Assembly (NCBI GenBank): GCA_039028835.1 | Contig: JBCCHK010000004.1 | Location: 104,370 to 168,369 of the forward strand | DNA: 64,000 nucleotides | DNA from: Pseudomonadota bacterium | Lineage (GTDB): Bacteria; Pseudomonadota; Alphaproteobacteria; JBCCHK01 | Reading direction: 5' to 3' | In this document: in pieces, positions 43,096 through 53,327 of the stretch | Layout of the letters: each line of letters starts with the position of its first letter | Numbering within the stretch: position 1 is the stretch's first letter | Position numbers and translations under genes: made by a program | The notes under the pieces: model-generated | Told to the model about the DNA's origin: nothing | Database searches by the model: none | Seen by the model: the letters and a program-made list of their open reading frames with translations, nothing else

Positions 43096-44090
43096 TCTCT
43101 CCCATCACAACCGCACCGACCATCAGAGCCCGAATCATCGGCACCGGTGGGTATCTGCCGGGCGCGCCGGTGACCAACGACGACCTTGCGCAGAAGATCG
43201 ACACCACCGACGCATGGATCGCCCAGCGCACTGGGATTCGCCAGCGTCACATTGCCAGCGAGGACGAGCAATGTTCGGACCTGGCGATCAAGGCCGGGCA
43301 AGTAGCTCTTAAGGCCGCGAACGTCACGCCTGAGGGTATCGACGCGGTGGTGGTGGCCACCACCACGCCGGATTTAATTTTTCCCTCGACCGCAACGCGG
43401 GTGCAGGCCGAGTTGGGCATCCCCGGCGGCATGGCCTTTGATGTCCAAGCCGTCTGCGCGGGCTTTGTTTATGCCCTCACGGTGGCTCAATCATTGATCG
43501 TTTCCGGGCAATCCCGTCGCTTGCTGTTGGTCGGCGCGGAGACCTATTCTCGGATTTTGGATTGGTCAGACCGGCGCACCTGCGTGCTGTTTGGCGACGG
43601 CGCGGGCGCAGTGGTGCTCGAACGATGCGAAGGGGATGGCACCTGCGCTGATACCGGCGTGCTCTCGGCTTACTTGGACTCCGATGGCCGGCTGCGCGAT
43701 GTGCTGTATGTCCAGGGCGGGATCAACCAGCCCGATCGCGCCAACGCCTTGCAGATGAATGGCCGGGAGGTCTTTCGCCATGCGGTCGTGAAATTGGCGC
43801 AGGCCGCTGAGACGGTCATCGCCCAAGCAGGCGTGCGTGGTGATGAGATCGACTGGTTTGTCCCCCACCAGGCCAATCTGCGCATTATCTCGGCTGCGGC
43901 GGAGCGGGTCGGGGTCGCGATGGACCGGGTCGTGCTCACCGTCGATCGCCATGCCAACACGTCGGCGGCCTCGGTACCGCTGGCTTTGGATGTGGCGGTG
44001 CGCGACGGTCGGATCCAGCCGGGTCATCTCTTGCTCTTTGAAGCCTTGGGCGGCGGCTTGACCTGGGGAGCCGCGCTCGTACGCATGTAG
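43092..44090 (+). CDS. fabH: 3-oxoacyl-ACP synthase III
   Basis: It has a GTG start overlapping the plsX stop. The catalytic Cys context is AFDVQAVCAGFVYAL. The Asn that completes the catalytic triad is in HQANLRII. Confidence 0.9.
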   Translation: MISPITTAPTIRARIIGTGGYLPGAPVTNDDLAQKIDTTDAWIAQRTGIRQRHIASEDEQCSDLAIKAGQVALKAANVTPEGIDAVVVATTTPDLIFPSTATRVQAELGIPGGMAFDVQAVCAGFVYALTVAQSLIVSGQSRRLLLVGAETYSRILDWSDRRTCVLFGDGAGAVVLERCEGDGTCADTGVLSAYLDSDGRLRDVLYVQGGINQPDRANALQMNGREVFRHAVVKLAQAAETVIAQAGVRGDEIDWFVPHQANLRIISAAAERVGVAMDRVVLTVDRHANTSAASVPLALDVAVRDGRIQPGHLLLFEALGGGLTWGAALVRM

Positions 44091-44175
44091 CCCTGTGATC
44101 GCCATGCGCCGCGACAAGCGTGCCGGTTTGTGCTAAAATCCAGCGTGTTTTTCTAGAGTTTTTCCTGATCGTTCG

Positions 44176-45621
44176 ATGCTGAAGTTTGTTGATACACCGC
44201 GGCAAATGCCCGACAAGCGCGATGCTGCCACCCGTACCCGGGATTGGCAGGAAATCTATCCGCCCTTTGATCCAGACCGGGCGCAGATTCAGGCCGCGCG
44301 CTGTTCCCAGTGCGGCGTTCCCTACTGTCAGGTGCATTGCCCGCTCCATAACCATATTCCCGATTGGCTGATGCTCGCGGCCCATGAGCGGATGCGCGAG
44401 GCTTATGAGCTCGTTTCGCTCACCAACGCGCTACCGGAAATCTGTGGCCGGATTTGCCCGCAAGATCGATTGTGTGAAGGCAACTGTGTGATCGAGCAGG
44501 CGGGCCACGGCACGGTGACCATCGGCACAATCGAACAGCACATCACCCACACCGCCTGGGACCAGGGCTGGATCACCCCCATCACGCCCCCCCGAGAGCG
44601 ACGCCAATCGGTGGGAATCATCGGGGCGGGCCCCGGCGGCTTGGCCGCTGCGGTGCGGTTGCGCGCCGAGGGCTTCCAGGTCCATATTTATGACCGCTAT
44701 GACCGTCCGGGCGGCCTGATGATCTATGGTATTCCCAACTTCAAGCTGGATAAAAAAGTGGTCGCTCGCCGAACAGACTGGCTGGCTGACTCCAAGGTGC
44801 GGTTTAAGCTGGGGGTCGATGTGGGGCGCGATATCACCCTGGCGGATTTACGCAAACGTCATGACGCGGTATTGCTGGCTTGCGGTGCTTATCACGCCCA
44901 CGAGCTCAAGGCCCCGGGGGTCGGCTTGCCGGGCGTGGTGCCGGCCTTGCATTACTTAACGGCCTCTAATCGTAAGGGGCTGGGCGATCAGGTGGCTGAT
45001 TTTGACCAGCTCGATGCCCGCGGGCGGCGCGTGGCGGTCATCGGCGGCGGTGATACGGCCATGGATTGTGTGCGCACGGCGACGCGTCAGGGGGCCTCAA
45101 AGGTGGTGTGCTATTACCGCCGGGATCGAGAGAATATGCCGGGCTCGCAGCGCGAGGTGCACCATGCCATGGAGGAAAATGTGACCTTCACGTGGCTCAC
45201 GGGGCCCAAGGCGATTTACGGCGATGACCGGGCACAGGGTCTGCTGATTCAATCCTATCGTTTGGGTCCGCCCGATGAGCTTGGCCGCCGCGCGCCGGTG
45301 GCCAGCCAAGCAAAGCCGCAAAAGGCCGCCGCAGACTTGGTGATCCCGGCGCTTGGGTTTGTGCCGGAGGACATGCAAAAAACCATGCCGGGCCTACGCA
45401 CCCGTAGCCCGGATGATCCCCATAGCCCCGTAGCAGTATCCTGGCGCACCATGGCCACGAACCTACCTGGGGTTTTCGCGGCTGGGGATGTGGTGCGCGG
45501 TGCTTCGTTGGTGGTGTGGGCGGTGGCCGATGGTCAGCAAGCGGCCAACGCGATCAGCCAATACCTACAAGGGCATGATTACTGGCAGCCCGAGGCCGTC
45601 AACGAAGAGGCCTTTGCCTAA
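44176..45621 (+). CDS. gltD: Glutamate synthase small (beta) subunit-like NADPH oxidoreductase
   Basis: It has a 4Fe-4S Cys cluster (CSQCGVPYCQ..CP..CEGNC) and an FAD/NAD Rossmann motif GIIGAGPGGLAAA. It is highly similar to GltD along its full length. No gltB is adjacent. Confidence 0.85.
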   Translation: MLKFVDTPRQMPDKRDAATRTRDWQEIYPPFDPDRAQIQAARCSQCGVPYCQVHCPLHNHIPDWLMLAAHERMREAYELVSLTNALPEICGRICPQDRLCEGNCVIEQAGHGTVTIGTIEQHITHTAWDQGWITPITPPRERRQSVGIIGAGPGGLAAAVRLRAEGFQVHIYDRYDRPGGLMIYGIPNFKLDKKVVARRTDWLADSKVRFKLGVDVGRDITLADLRKRHDAVLLACGAYHAHELKAPGVGLPGVVPALHYLTASNRKGLGDQVADFDQLDARGRRVAVIGGGDTAMDCVRTATRQGASKVVCYYRRDRENMPGSQREVHHAMEENVTFTWLTGPKAIYGDDRAQGLLIQSYRLGPPDELGRRAPVASQAKPQKAAADLVIPALGFVPEDMQKTMPGLRTRSPDDPHSPVAVSWRTMATNLPGVFAAGDVVRGASLVVWAVADGQQAANAISQYLQGHDYWQPEAVNEEAFA

Positions 45622-45627
45622 GGCTGT

Positions 45628-46305
45628 TTATTTTTCATCACTTGCAAAAAAGCGATAGGCAAAAGTGATGGTTTCAACATCCTGGGTGAGCTCGTCATTC
45701 ATGATCGCCGGGTTGATATAGACCACGAACGGCATTGTGACGGTCTCGTTGCCTTGTAGGACATGCTCGGTCAGGCAAAAGCATTCGAGCTTATGAACGT
45801 ACGTGGCGGCAGACGCAGGCAAGACGTTAAAGGTGGAGGTGCCGCCACGGGGTTCATTCGAGCGGTTATGGGCTGTGAAGGTCATGCGGATTTCCTCGCC
45901 GATGGGCAGGACGTGCAAGGTTTGATCGGGCGCAAAGTCCCACGACAAATCCGCTTGCACATCGCCCACCAGACGCGCTTGCAGGTCAGGCAAGGCCGCG
46001 CTATGGCCTGTGTGATGGGCATGTTCAGGTATGGCATCAGAGCCGTGGCGGGCGGCCATGGTTTGGCTCGTCTTTATCTCTTCGCTCATGCCGATCTGGG
46101 GCGTGCCGCCGTAGCCGGTTACTTCACAAAACAGCCGGTAAAGGACAGGTGAGGCGTAGGTCACGGCGACCATCAAGAATGCTAAGGACGCAACCAGGGC
46201 GAGGGGTCGGTAACGGGAAGGGATAGAAAAAGACATGGTTTTTTCCGGGGTTAAAGTGTCGTTGGGATAAACGACTAGAATTGGGTGATGCGGACGATAG
46301 GCCAC
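45628..46305 (-). CDS. ctaG: Cytochrome c oxidase assembly protein CtaG/Cox11, with a His-rich insertion
   Basis: It has LYRLFCEVTGYGG and the copper-binding CFC motif (ECFCL). An extra RHGSDAIPEHAHHTGHSA segment is present. The start is GTG at 46305, or alternatively the Met at MSFSIPS. Confidence 0.8.
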   Translation of the reverse strand: MAYRPHHPILVVYPNDTLTPEKTMSFSIPSRYRPLALVASLAFLMVAVTYASPVLYRLFCEVTGYGGTPQIGMSEEIKTSQTMAARHGSDAIPEHAHHTGHSAALPDLQARLVGDVQADLSWDFAPDQTLHVLPIGEEIRMTFTAHNRSNEPRGGTSTFNVLPASAATYVHKLECFCLTEHVLQGNETVTMPFVVYINPAIMNDELTQDVETITFAYRFFASDEK

Positions 46306-46388
46306 ACATAAAAGACAACCGCTGCGATGAGAATCGCAAGAAAGATAAGGAGGTTTCGTTTTTTTAGGTTCATGGGTTTGCTCATCAT
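46275..46388 (-). CDS. Small 37-aa single-TM protein between ctaB and ctaG (CoxF-like position)
   Basis: My hand translation gives MMSKPMNLKKRNLLIFLAILIAAVVFYVWPIVRITQF. It is absent from the ORF track because it is shorter than 60 aa. Confidence 0.4.
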   Translation of the reverse strand: MMSKPMNLKKRNLLIFLAILIAAVVFYVWPIVRITQF

Positions 46389-46398
46389 TGATTAAGAG

Positions 46399-47277
46399 TT
46401 ACGCATGGCCGAAGATAATAAGGCTACAGGTGATAAACAGAAAAAAGATAGACATACGAAAACCTTTCTTTGCGGTGCCTTCGAAGGCTTTGTTTTTATG
46501 GAGGGCCCACCAAGTGCGCAAACACAAACCAAGCCATAGAGCAGAAAAGAATCCCAGCTGTAGCAAGACAACCCAAGTCAGCCCTGCGCTGATCCCGGCA
46601 TAGATGATCGCAAGGGCGGTGAGTAGTGTATAGAAAAAAATCTGCCGCGCGGTTTTGAGGGGGCCGATGATATTATTCATCATCGGGATTTTCGCGCGGG
46701 CGTATTCATCTTCATGATACAGGGCCAGCGTCCAAAAGTGCGGCGGTGTCCATAGAAAAATCGCAACCCCCAAAGCAATCGGTGTGAGGCTAAGCTCGTC
46801 AGTGATCGCGCTATAGCCGATCAACGGTGCTAGCGCGCCCGCACCGCCGCCGATGACGATATTTTGTGGTGTGGTGCGCTTAAGCCAGGCAGTATAGACC
46901 GCCGTATAGATCAAGATCGCAATCGCAAGCAAGCAGGCGGCCAGTGCGCCTATCGTCAGCAGTAGTCCGGCAACGCCGATCACACATAAGATAGCAGAAA
47001 AGATATAGGCATGACTTGGCGCGATACGTCCAGCCGGGACAGGGCGGCGACAGGTGCGCGACATGAGGCCATCGACGTCGCCCTCAAAGGCCATATTAAA
47101 GGCCGCCGCGCCAAAGACGCCGCACGCAACAAACCCCAAGACGGTGAGCCACGGTAACGCCGCCAGCGAGATCCCAAGATCACCTGCGGCGAGAATCATG
47201 CCGATCGCAGTGGTGAATAAAACCAGGCTGTTAACGCGAAACTTGATGAGCGTGAGGTAATCACTGATCTGCTGCAT
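46399..47277 (-). CDS. ctaB: Protoheme IX farnesyltransferase (heme O synthase)
   Basis: It has UbiA-family TM topology. I placed the start at MQQISDY. It overlaps the ctaD stop. Confidence 0.88.
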   Translation of the reverse strand: MQQISDYLTLIKFRVNSLVLFTTAIGMILAAGDLGISLAALPWLTVLGFVACGVFGAAAFNMAFEGDVDGLMSRTCRRPVPAGRIAPSHAYIFSAILCVIGVAGLLLTIGALAACLLAIAILIYTAVYTAWLKRTTPQNIVIGGGAGALAPLIGYSAITDELSLTPIALGVAIFLWTPPHFWTLALYHEDEYARAKIPMMNNIIGPLKTARQIFFYTLLTALAIIYAGISAGLTWVVLLQLGFFSALWLGLCLRTWWALHKNKAFEGTAKKGFRMSIFFLFITCSLIIFGHA

Positions 47278-48856
47278 GGCCCTTAACCTTGGGCATGGTT
47301 TCAAACTTGGGCATGGTTTCAAACTGGTGGAAGGGCGGCGGGGAGCTCACGCTCCATTCTAGGGTTTGTGCGCCTTCGCCCCAATAGTTCGCCTCAACCC
47401 GGCGGCCAGCCGTCACGGTATAAATGGCGATAACGATAAACAAGAGAGTCGACGCGCCCGTAACGTAAGAGCCGATAGAGGAAACGTAATTCCAAAAGGC
47501 ATAGACATCCGGGTAGTCAGGAATGCGCCTTGGCATGCCTTGTAAGCCCAAGAAATGCTGCGGGAAGAACACCACGTTGACGCCGATAAAGGTGGTCCAG
47601 AAATGCACCTTGCCCCAAAACTCGGGGTATTGGCGGCCACTCATCTTGCCGATCCAATAGTAAAACCCAGCAAAGATAGCAAATACCGCGCCCAGAGATA
47701 AGACATAGTGAAAGTGTGCGACGACGTAATAGGTGTCGTGCAACACTGCAGCCATGCCGCCGCCGGAAAGCACCACCCCGGTGACCCCGCCGGCGGTAAA
47801 CAAAAACAGAAAACCGACAGCCCACAACATCGGGGTGGTCAGGCGGATCGATCCGCCGTACATGGTGGCGATCCAGCTAAAAACTTTAATCCCGGTGGGG
47901 ATCGCAATCAGCATGGTCGCGGCGGTAAAGTACTGGCGTGAACCCGGAGAGATACCGGCGACAAACATGTGATGCGCCCACACCAGCGAGCCCAAAAAGC
48001 CAATGCCGATCATGGCATAGACCATCCCGAGATAACCAAAAATAGGCCGACGCGAAAAGGTCGAGATGACCTGCGAGATGATGCCAAAGGCCGGTAGGAT
48101 CATGATGTAAACCTCCGGGTGGCCAAAGAACCAGAACAGATGCTGGAAGAGCAACGGATCGCCGCCGCCATCAGGGTTAAAGAAGGCTGTGCCAAAGTTT
48201 CTATCGGTCAACAACATGGTAATCGCGCCCGCAAGCACAGGGACCACGGCGACCAACAAAAAGGCGGTGATGAGAATGGCCCAAACAAACAGCGGCATTT
48301 TGTGCAAGGACATGCCTGGGGTGCGCATGTTAAAGATGGTGGTAATAAAGTTCGCCGCCCCCAGGATGGAGGAAGCCCCCGCCAGGTGCAGGGCAAAGAT
48401 GGCCATATCCACCGATGCGCCAGGATGCCCCAAGGCCGAGGATAAAGGCGGGTAAACCGTCCAGCCGGTGCCAGCACCTTCGCCGACAAAAACCGAGGCG
48501 GAGAGCAAAACCAACGCTGGGACAAGCAGCCAAAAAGAGATGTTGTTCATGCGCGGGAAGGCCATATCCGGCGCACCGATCATGAGCGGTATAAACCAGT
48601 TGCCAAACCCGCCGATCAGCGCAGGCATGACCAAAAAGAAGACCATCAGCAGACCGTGGGCGGTGATAAACACATTCCAGGTCTGGCCGTCTACGTATTG
48701 GAGCTCGGGGTACATGAGCTCCAAGCGCATGATGATAGAAAAGCCGCCCCCCACAAGGCCCGAAACAATGGCAAAAATCAGGTAGAGCGTGCCAATGTCC
48801 TTATGGTTGGTAGAAAACAACCACCGTTGAATAAAACCGGGTTTGTGATCGCTCAT
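47261..48856 (-). CDS. ctaD: Cytochrome c oxidase subunit I
   Basis: Canonical CoxI sequence is present ([19 protein letters not shown], the His ligands). I placed the start at MSDHKPG. Confidence 0.95.
   Translation of the reverse strand: MSDHKPGFIQRWLFSTNHKDIGTLYLIFAIVSGLVGGGFSIIMRLELMYPELQYVDGQTWNVFITAHGLLMVFFLVMPALIGGFGNWFIPLMIGAPDMAFPRMNNISFWLLVPALVLLSASVFVGEGAGTGWTVYPPLSSALGHPGASVDMAIFALHLAGASSILGAANFITTIFNMRTPGMSLHKMPLFVWAILITAFLLVAVVPVLAGAITMLLTDRNFGTAFFNPDGGGDPLLFQHLFWFFGHPEVYIMILPAFGIISQVISTFSRRPIFGYLGMVYAMIGIGFLGSLVWAHHMFVAGISPGSRQYFTAATMLIAIPTGIKVFSWIATMYGGSIRLTTPMLWAVGFLFLFTAGGVTGVVLSGGGMAAVLHDTYYVVAHFHYVLSLGAVFAIFAGFYYWIGKMSGRQYPEFWGKVHFWTTFIGVNVVFFPQHFLGLQGMPRRIPDYPDVYAFWNYVSSIGSYVTGASTLLFIVIAIYTVTAGRRVEANYWGEGAQTLEWSVSSPPPFHQFETMPKFETMPKVKGHAADQ
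47288..47323 (-). repeat. Perfect 18-bp tandem duplication at the 3' end of ctaD that duplicates FETMPK
   Basis: The sequence cttgggcatggtttcaaa occurs twice, giving a CtaD C-terminus of ...[22 protein letters not shown]. Confidence 0.9.
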
Positions 48857-48893
48857 GAAGAGGGCTCCTAAGGGCTTTGAGAAAATAAAGGGG

Positions 48894-49793
48894 TTACGGG
48901 GTTGCCCGGGCAAGGGCGGCGCGTGGCGGTGGCGCGGCGGGGCCGCCTAAGGCCAGGCTTTCGGCAACCCAAGACTCGAACTGGTCTTTAGAGACGACGC
49001 GCACCTCGATGGGCATGAAGCCGTGGCCGATACCGCACAGCTCGGAGCACTGGCCGTAGTAGGTGCCTTCCTTTTCTGCCGGAACGAAGGCCCAATCCGA
49101 GGTCATGCGCCCAGGAAGAGCATCCCGGCGCACAGCAAAGTTCGGCACCGCAAAGGAATGCAAGACATCGCCAGAGGTGATGAGAAACTCCACATTGGTC
49201 TCGCTCGGGATCACCAGAGGGGCATCGACCGACAGCAAGCGCACTTGGCCGGGACCGATGTCCTCGTCAGGGATCATGATCGAGGTGAACTCCTCAACCT
49301 CCAGATCGGGATATTCATAACTCCAATACCACTGGTAGCCGCGCACGATGACAGTGAGTTCTGCGGGCGGGGGGTTATCCTCGATATGGATGAGTTTGAA
49401 GGAAGGGATGGCCAGCGCAACGATAATGACGGTGGGCACCAGGGTCCAGATAACCTCAAGCGGGCCGTTATGGGTCCGCTGAGAGATCACCGGGTTACGG
49501 CGGCCGGCGCGATAACGCCAGAGGATATACAAAATCAAGGAAAGGACAAAAAGCGAGATGCCAAAGCACATAATGAGCAAATAATTGTTCATGGTGTGCA
49601 CCGCATCCGCAATGGGCGTCACAGGGCCTAAAAGATTGAACCCCATGGGGTCGCGCTCAATACCGGCAGCGAGACTTTGGGGGCTGACCAGCAACCCCGC
49701 AAGACCAAGCAAGGCCTTAGGGGCAAAGCGACGGTTAAGGCCGCGGACAAAACAATGAAGTTGTGGGAGAAAACGAGGTGAGCGGTGGCTCAT
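48894..49793 (-). CDS. ctaC: Cytochrome c oxidase subunit II
   Basis: It has the CuA site HSFAVP...[13 protein letters not shown] and two N-terminal TM helices. Confidence 0.93.
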   Translation of the reverse strand: MSHRSPRFLPQLHCFVRGLNRRFAPKALLGLAGLLVSPQSLAAGIERDPMGFNLLGPVTPIADAVHTMNNYLLIMCFGISLFVLSLILYILWRYRAGRRNPVISQRTHNGPLEVIWTLVPTVIIVALAIPSFKLIHIEDNPPPAELTVIVRGYQWYWSYEYPDLEVEEFTSIMIPDEDIGPGQVRLLSVDAPLVIPSETNVEFLITSGDVLHSFAVPNFAVRRDALPGRMTSDWAFVPAEKEGTYYGQCSELCGIGHGFMPIEVRVVSKDQFESWVAESLALGGPAAPPPRAALARATP

Positions 49794-49857
49794 GTCAGGT
49801 GTCCTTTATGTCCTTTGCGTCCTTATGATGCGAGATGATCGTGCGGCACCATCATGC

Positions 49858-49893
49858 GACGATACGATGGTGCATGTGACGATACGATGGTGC
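49858..49893. repeat. 16-bp direct repeat GACGATACGATGGTGC, two copies 4 bp apart, upstream of ctaC
   Basis: The sequence reads gacgatacgatggtgcatgtgacgatacgatggtgc. It is a possible operator or regulator binding site in the cta promoter region. Confidence 0.5.
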
Positions 49894-50237
49894 GACATGG
49901 TCATAAAACTGCGTACCCATCTTATCTTACTTCCCCTGCCTTTGGTATGCCTTGGCTTTTGTTTGGTGAAGATTTTTTCATGATTCATTCCTTTTGTGCC
50001 CCTTTTGATGACAGGGGTGAGATGACTTCATGGGGACCCCGCCTGAGATTGAGGTGGGATTGTTGCCCTTGGAGGAGGATAATGCTATAGCCGACGGCAG
50101 GTGAGTGATCGATGTCGGTCCGTGTCGATCCGCGAGCCCCGGCGCGTTGACACGAGCATCAGCCTTGCTGATTGGTCTTTTGCCAACACATTTTTAATAG
50201 ATACGCTTAGATAAAGCTTAAGAGATAAGAGGGTCTT

Positions 50238-53200
50238 GTGCGCATCCTAGCCTTGCTGGTCTTCGTGGGACTCCTGGCTGCTCTTGTGATCGTTCCTAAC
50301 TTTTTAGATTGGAATCGTTACCGGGCGCCGCTGGCGGGTCATTTGGAGTCGCTGTTTGGCGGGGAGATTGATTTGCGTGGCGGGGTTACCTTGCGCACTT
50401 TACCGACGCCGCGATTGCAAGTCACCGACGTGCGTTGGCAGACGCCGACAGGCCAAGACGTGCACATCGGGCAGATCATGGCCGAAACGGGGCTCTTTTC
50501 GCTGGCGCAGGCGCGGGTTAACCAGATCACCATAAGCGGCATGACGGTGGACCAGGGGCTAACCTTACAGGCGGCGCAAAAAGCGCTCGGGGTCGTGGCG
50601 CGCTTTTCGCCCGAGCGGGTGAGCCTCAACAAAGGCGCAGGCGTGTTGTTGCCGATGGGCGAAGAAATCGTCTTTGACGAGATCTATGGTCAGTTTGTCC
50701 AAGGCCAATCCGGTGCGCCGAGCCAGTTTATCGGCCGAGCCTTAGCCATGGGTCGCCCCTTTGAGGTGGATATCAGCTGGCAAGATCGAGGCCTTGGTCG
50801 CGGCCAGGACATCCGCGCCAAGCTGGCCTCCGGCGGTGTAGATAACGAGATCAAATTTGACGGCACCATGAGTAATGCGGGCAACCTGCGAGGAAGCCTG
50901 ACGGCGCGGGGCTTTAGTTTTCGCAACCTGATTAGCATGATGAATCAGACTCCGTCGTGGTTTGTCGATCAACCCTATTTTGTCACGGGTGGCCTGGCGG
51001 TGGGGCCTGACACGGTGCGCTATGCGGTGGAAGACGGCGCCTTGGGGCGCACGCGATTGACCGGTGAGGTCGTCCTGGCGCGCGAGAGTTTGGCCGTGCG
51101 TGATATTAAGATCGACGGCCAGCAGTTTGATGTCCGTGATGTCCTCTCTCCCCAGGGTTTGGCCGAGTTGACGGGTCAGGAAAGTCGTTTGGGCATTTTA
51201 GGGCAAGTCTGGCTTGCTCTGCCGCGCTCGACGGAAGGTTTTAATGTGTCTTTGACCGCCGAGTCGCTCATCATGCCCGAGGTGACCTATGCGCCCTTGG
51301 CGTTGGAGGCCCATGCGGCAGGCGATCGTTTGTTGCTCAAGACCTTGGATCTCACCATGCCGGATCGAACCCAGATCAAGGCACAGGGGGATTTATCTGT
51401 GACCTCCGACCAGGTCATGGCCTCGCACCTGATGATCGATATCCTCAGCGAGGATGTCCATCAGATCGCACAATTCTTTGGGATTCGGAATTGGTTTGAC
51501 TGGGTGCGCCCGGGTAGCCGTGGTCACCTGCAAGGTGCCATGACCCTGGATGATCGTGAATTTCACCTGCAGCAGGGCACACTCAACATCGGCCCGCTGC
51601 GAGCCCAGGGGAGCGTGCGCACGGGCCTTGCGCCTGGCACACCGCTGGTCATCGAGGCGACGATAGACCCGATCAACGGCATCGATTTTGCCCCTCAAGA
51701 TCAAGCACCCCAAGCTCAGAGCCAGCTCGAGGTCTTGCAAGGATTACAAGAAGCGCTTGCGCAGACTCTGATGACCGCCCACCGCCAGCCCATCGACCTG
51801 AAGATCACGAGCCCGGCTTTACGCATGTCGGCGTTGACCTGGCGGGACGTGCGGGCGGATTTGCGTCTTGACCCCCAGGCCTGGCAGATCAACACCCTTA
51901 CGGTCAACGATTGGGACGGTGTTGCGGTGGTCATGAGCGGTCAGCAAGACCGGCAAACGGGGGCGTTTGCCGGCACCATTTCTGGCTCAGGCGCCGACCT
52001 CTCGCGCCTGCAAACCGCGCTGAGAATCCTGCCGCAAATCAAGACCAGCGCATTAGGTGAAGGTCAGTTCACCGTGCGCGTGACTCATGAGCAAAACGCA
52101 AATCCGCAAGTCGCCTGGCGGTCAATCTTCGAAGGCTTGGACCTTTCGGCCGATGTCAGTGTATCGCCCACGGTGATGGCCCCTCAAGCGTTGTTTGGTT
52201 CTGTGCGCTTGGTGAGTGCTGATGCCTCTGCCCTGGGGCGCGCCGTGCCGTGGCTGTCGGGTTTGCCGCCCGTGATGGTCGATGCGGTCGCCCAACTTGA
52301 CTATACCCCCGAGCGGATCAGCCTGGAGGGCCTCACTGCCCAGATTGGTGCGGCGGGGGTTGCTGGTCGTGGCGTGATAACCATTGCGGACGGCGACGCG
52401 CAGGCGGCTGTCAGTGTGCAGGTCGATGAGGTCGATATCCCCGTCCTCGCTGCTGCTGGGCACACCTTATGGCAAGCCTTGCCAGAGGTGACGCCGCGCG
52501 CGGCGCGCTGGACGGGCGACCTCTCGCTCAATGCCAGCCGTGCAAGCCTGGCTGCGGTCACCTTCGATCAGCCCGCCATGGCCTTGCGTTTTGACCCACA
52601 ACAGATCGAGATCCAGGCCCTCACCAGCACCCTATGGGGTGGCAATTTCGGCAGCGAACTGACCTTCTCGGCAGGGGACACCCTCACCCCCGCGCGCTTG
52701 GCAGGCAAGATACGCCTGGCAGGGGTGAACGCCCAGCCTTTGATCGAGCTTGTGGCAGGCACCACCGCCATAGATGGGCAAGCGGATATGGAGGTCGATA
52801 TAAACCTGGAAGGCGACCAAGACCTAAGCGAGACCTTTGATACCATCGCAGCCCGCGGGCGGCTGACCGTGCGCGAGGGGACGTTGAGGGGCGTGAACTT
52901 CAGTTCGTTGGCGCGCAAGCTGGTGACGGCCCGCCAGTCTAGCGACGTGAATGAAGCCATCGAGACCGGCATGGGTGGTGGCAACACAGACTTTACCGTG
53001 CTCAATGTTCCCTTTGACTCGCAACTTGGCATTGTGCGTAGCCAAGACCTGCGCTTTGAGACGGCGAATGTTTCCCTCCAAGGCCGTGGGCAATTTGCCC
53101 TCACGAGCCGCGAACTGGAAGCCTTGCTCCAGGCGACGTTCCTTGATTTCGATGACGCCCCGCCGCTTGAGATGAAGCTGTCTGGCACGACCACTGAACC

Positions 53201-53279
53201 TCAGGTGGATACCCAAAGCGGGCGATTGATTCTCTATATGACCGATAGCTTTTTGGATGACACCTCGCCGCAATCCTAG
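50238..53279 (+). CDS. AsmA family outer-membrane assembly protein
   Basis: It has a GTG start. There is an N-terminal TM anchor, then an AsmA-like N-terminal region (NFLDWNRYRAPLAGHLESLFGGEIDL) and a long beta-rich body. It is 1013 aa. Confidence 0.6.
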   Translation: MRILALLVFVGLLAALVIVPNFLDWNRYRAPLAGHLESLFGGEIDLRGGVTLRTLPTPRLQVTDVRWQTPTGQDVHIGQIMAETGLFSLAQARVNQITISGMTVDQGLTLQAAQKALGVVARFSPERVSLNKGAGVLLPMGEEIVFDEIYGQFVQGQSGAPSQFIGRALAMGRPFEVDISWQDRGLGRGQDIRAKLASGGVDNEIKFDGTMSNAGNLRGSLTARGFSFRNLISMMNQTPSWFVDQPYFVTGGLAVGPDTVRYAVEDGALGRTRLTGEVVLARESLAVRDIKIDGQQFDVRDVLSPQGLAELTGQESRLGILGQVWLALPRSTEGFNVSLTAESLIMPEVTYAPLALEAHAAGDRLLLKTLDLTMPDRTQIKAQGDLSVTSDQVMASHLMIDILSEDVHQIAQFFGIRNWFDWVRPGSRGHLQGAMTLDDREFHLQQGTLNIGPLRAQGSVRTGLAPGTPLVIEATIDPINGIDFAPQDQAPQAQSQLEVLQGLQEALAQTLMTAHRQPIDLKITSPALRMSALTWRDVRADLRLDPQAWQINTLTVNDWDGVAVVMSGQQDRQTGAFAGTISGSGADLSRLQTALRILPQIKTSALGEGQFTVRVTHEQNANPQVAWRSIFEGLDLSADVSVSPTVMAPQALFGSVRLVSADASALGRAVPWLSGLPPVMVDAVAQLDYTPERISLEGLTAQIGAAGVAGRGVITIADGDAQAAVSVQVDEVDIPVLAAAGHTLWQALPEVTPRAARWTGDLSLNASRASLAAVTFDQPAMALRFDPQQIEIQALTSTLWGGNFGSELTFSAGDTLTPARLAGKIRLAGVNAQPLIELVAGTTAIDGQADMEVDINLEGDQDLSETFDTIAARGRLTVREGTLRGVNFSSLARKLVTARQSSDVNEAIETGMGGGNTDFTVLNVPFDSQLGIVRSQDLRFETANVSLQGRGQFALTSRELEALLQATFLDFDDAPPLEMKLSGTTTEPQVDTQSGRLILYMTDSFLDDTSPQS

Positions 53280-53327
53280 CAGATGGTGAGACTCTGACCT
53301 CTTGGCTAACCCTTTGGATATGATCTT

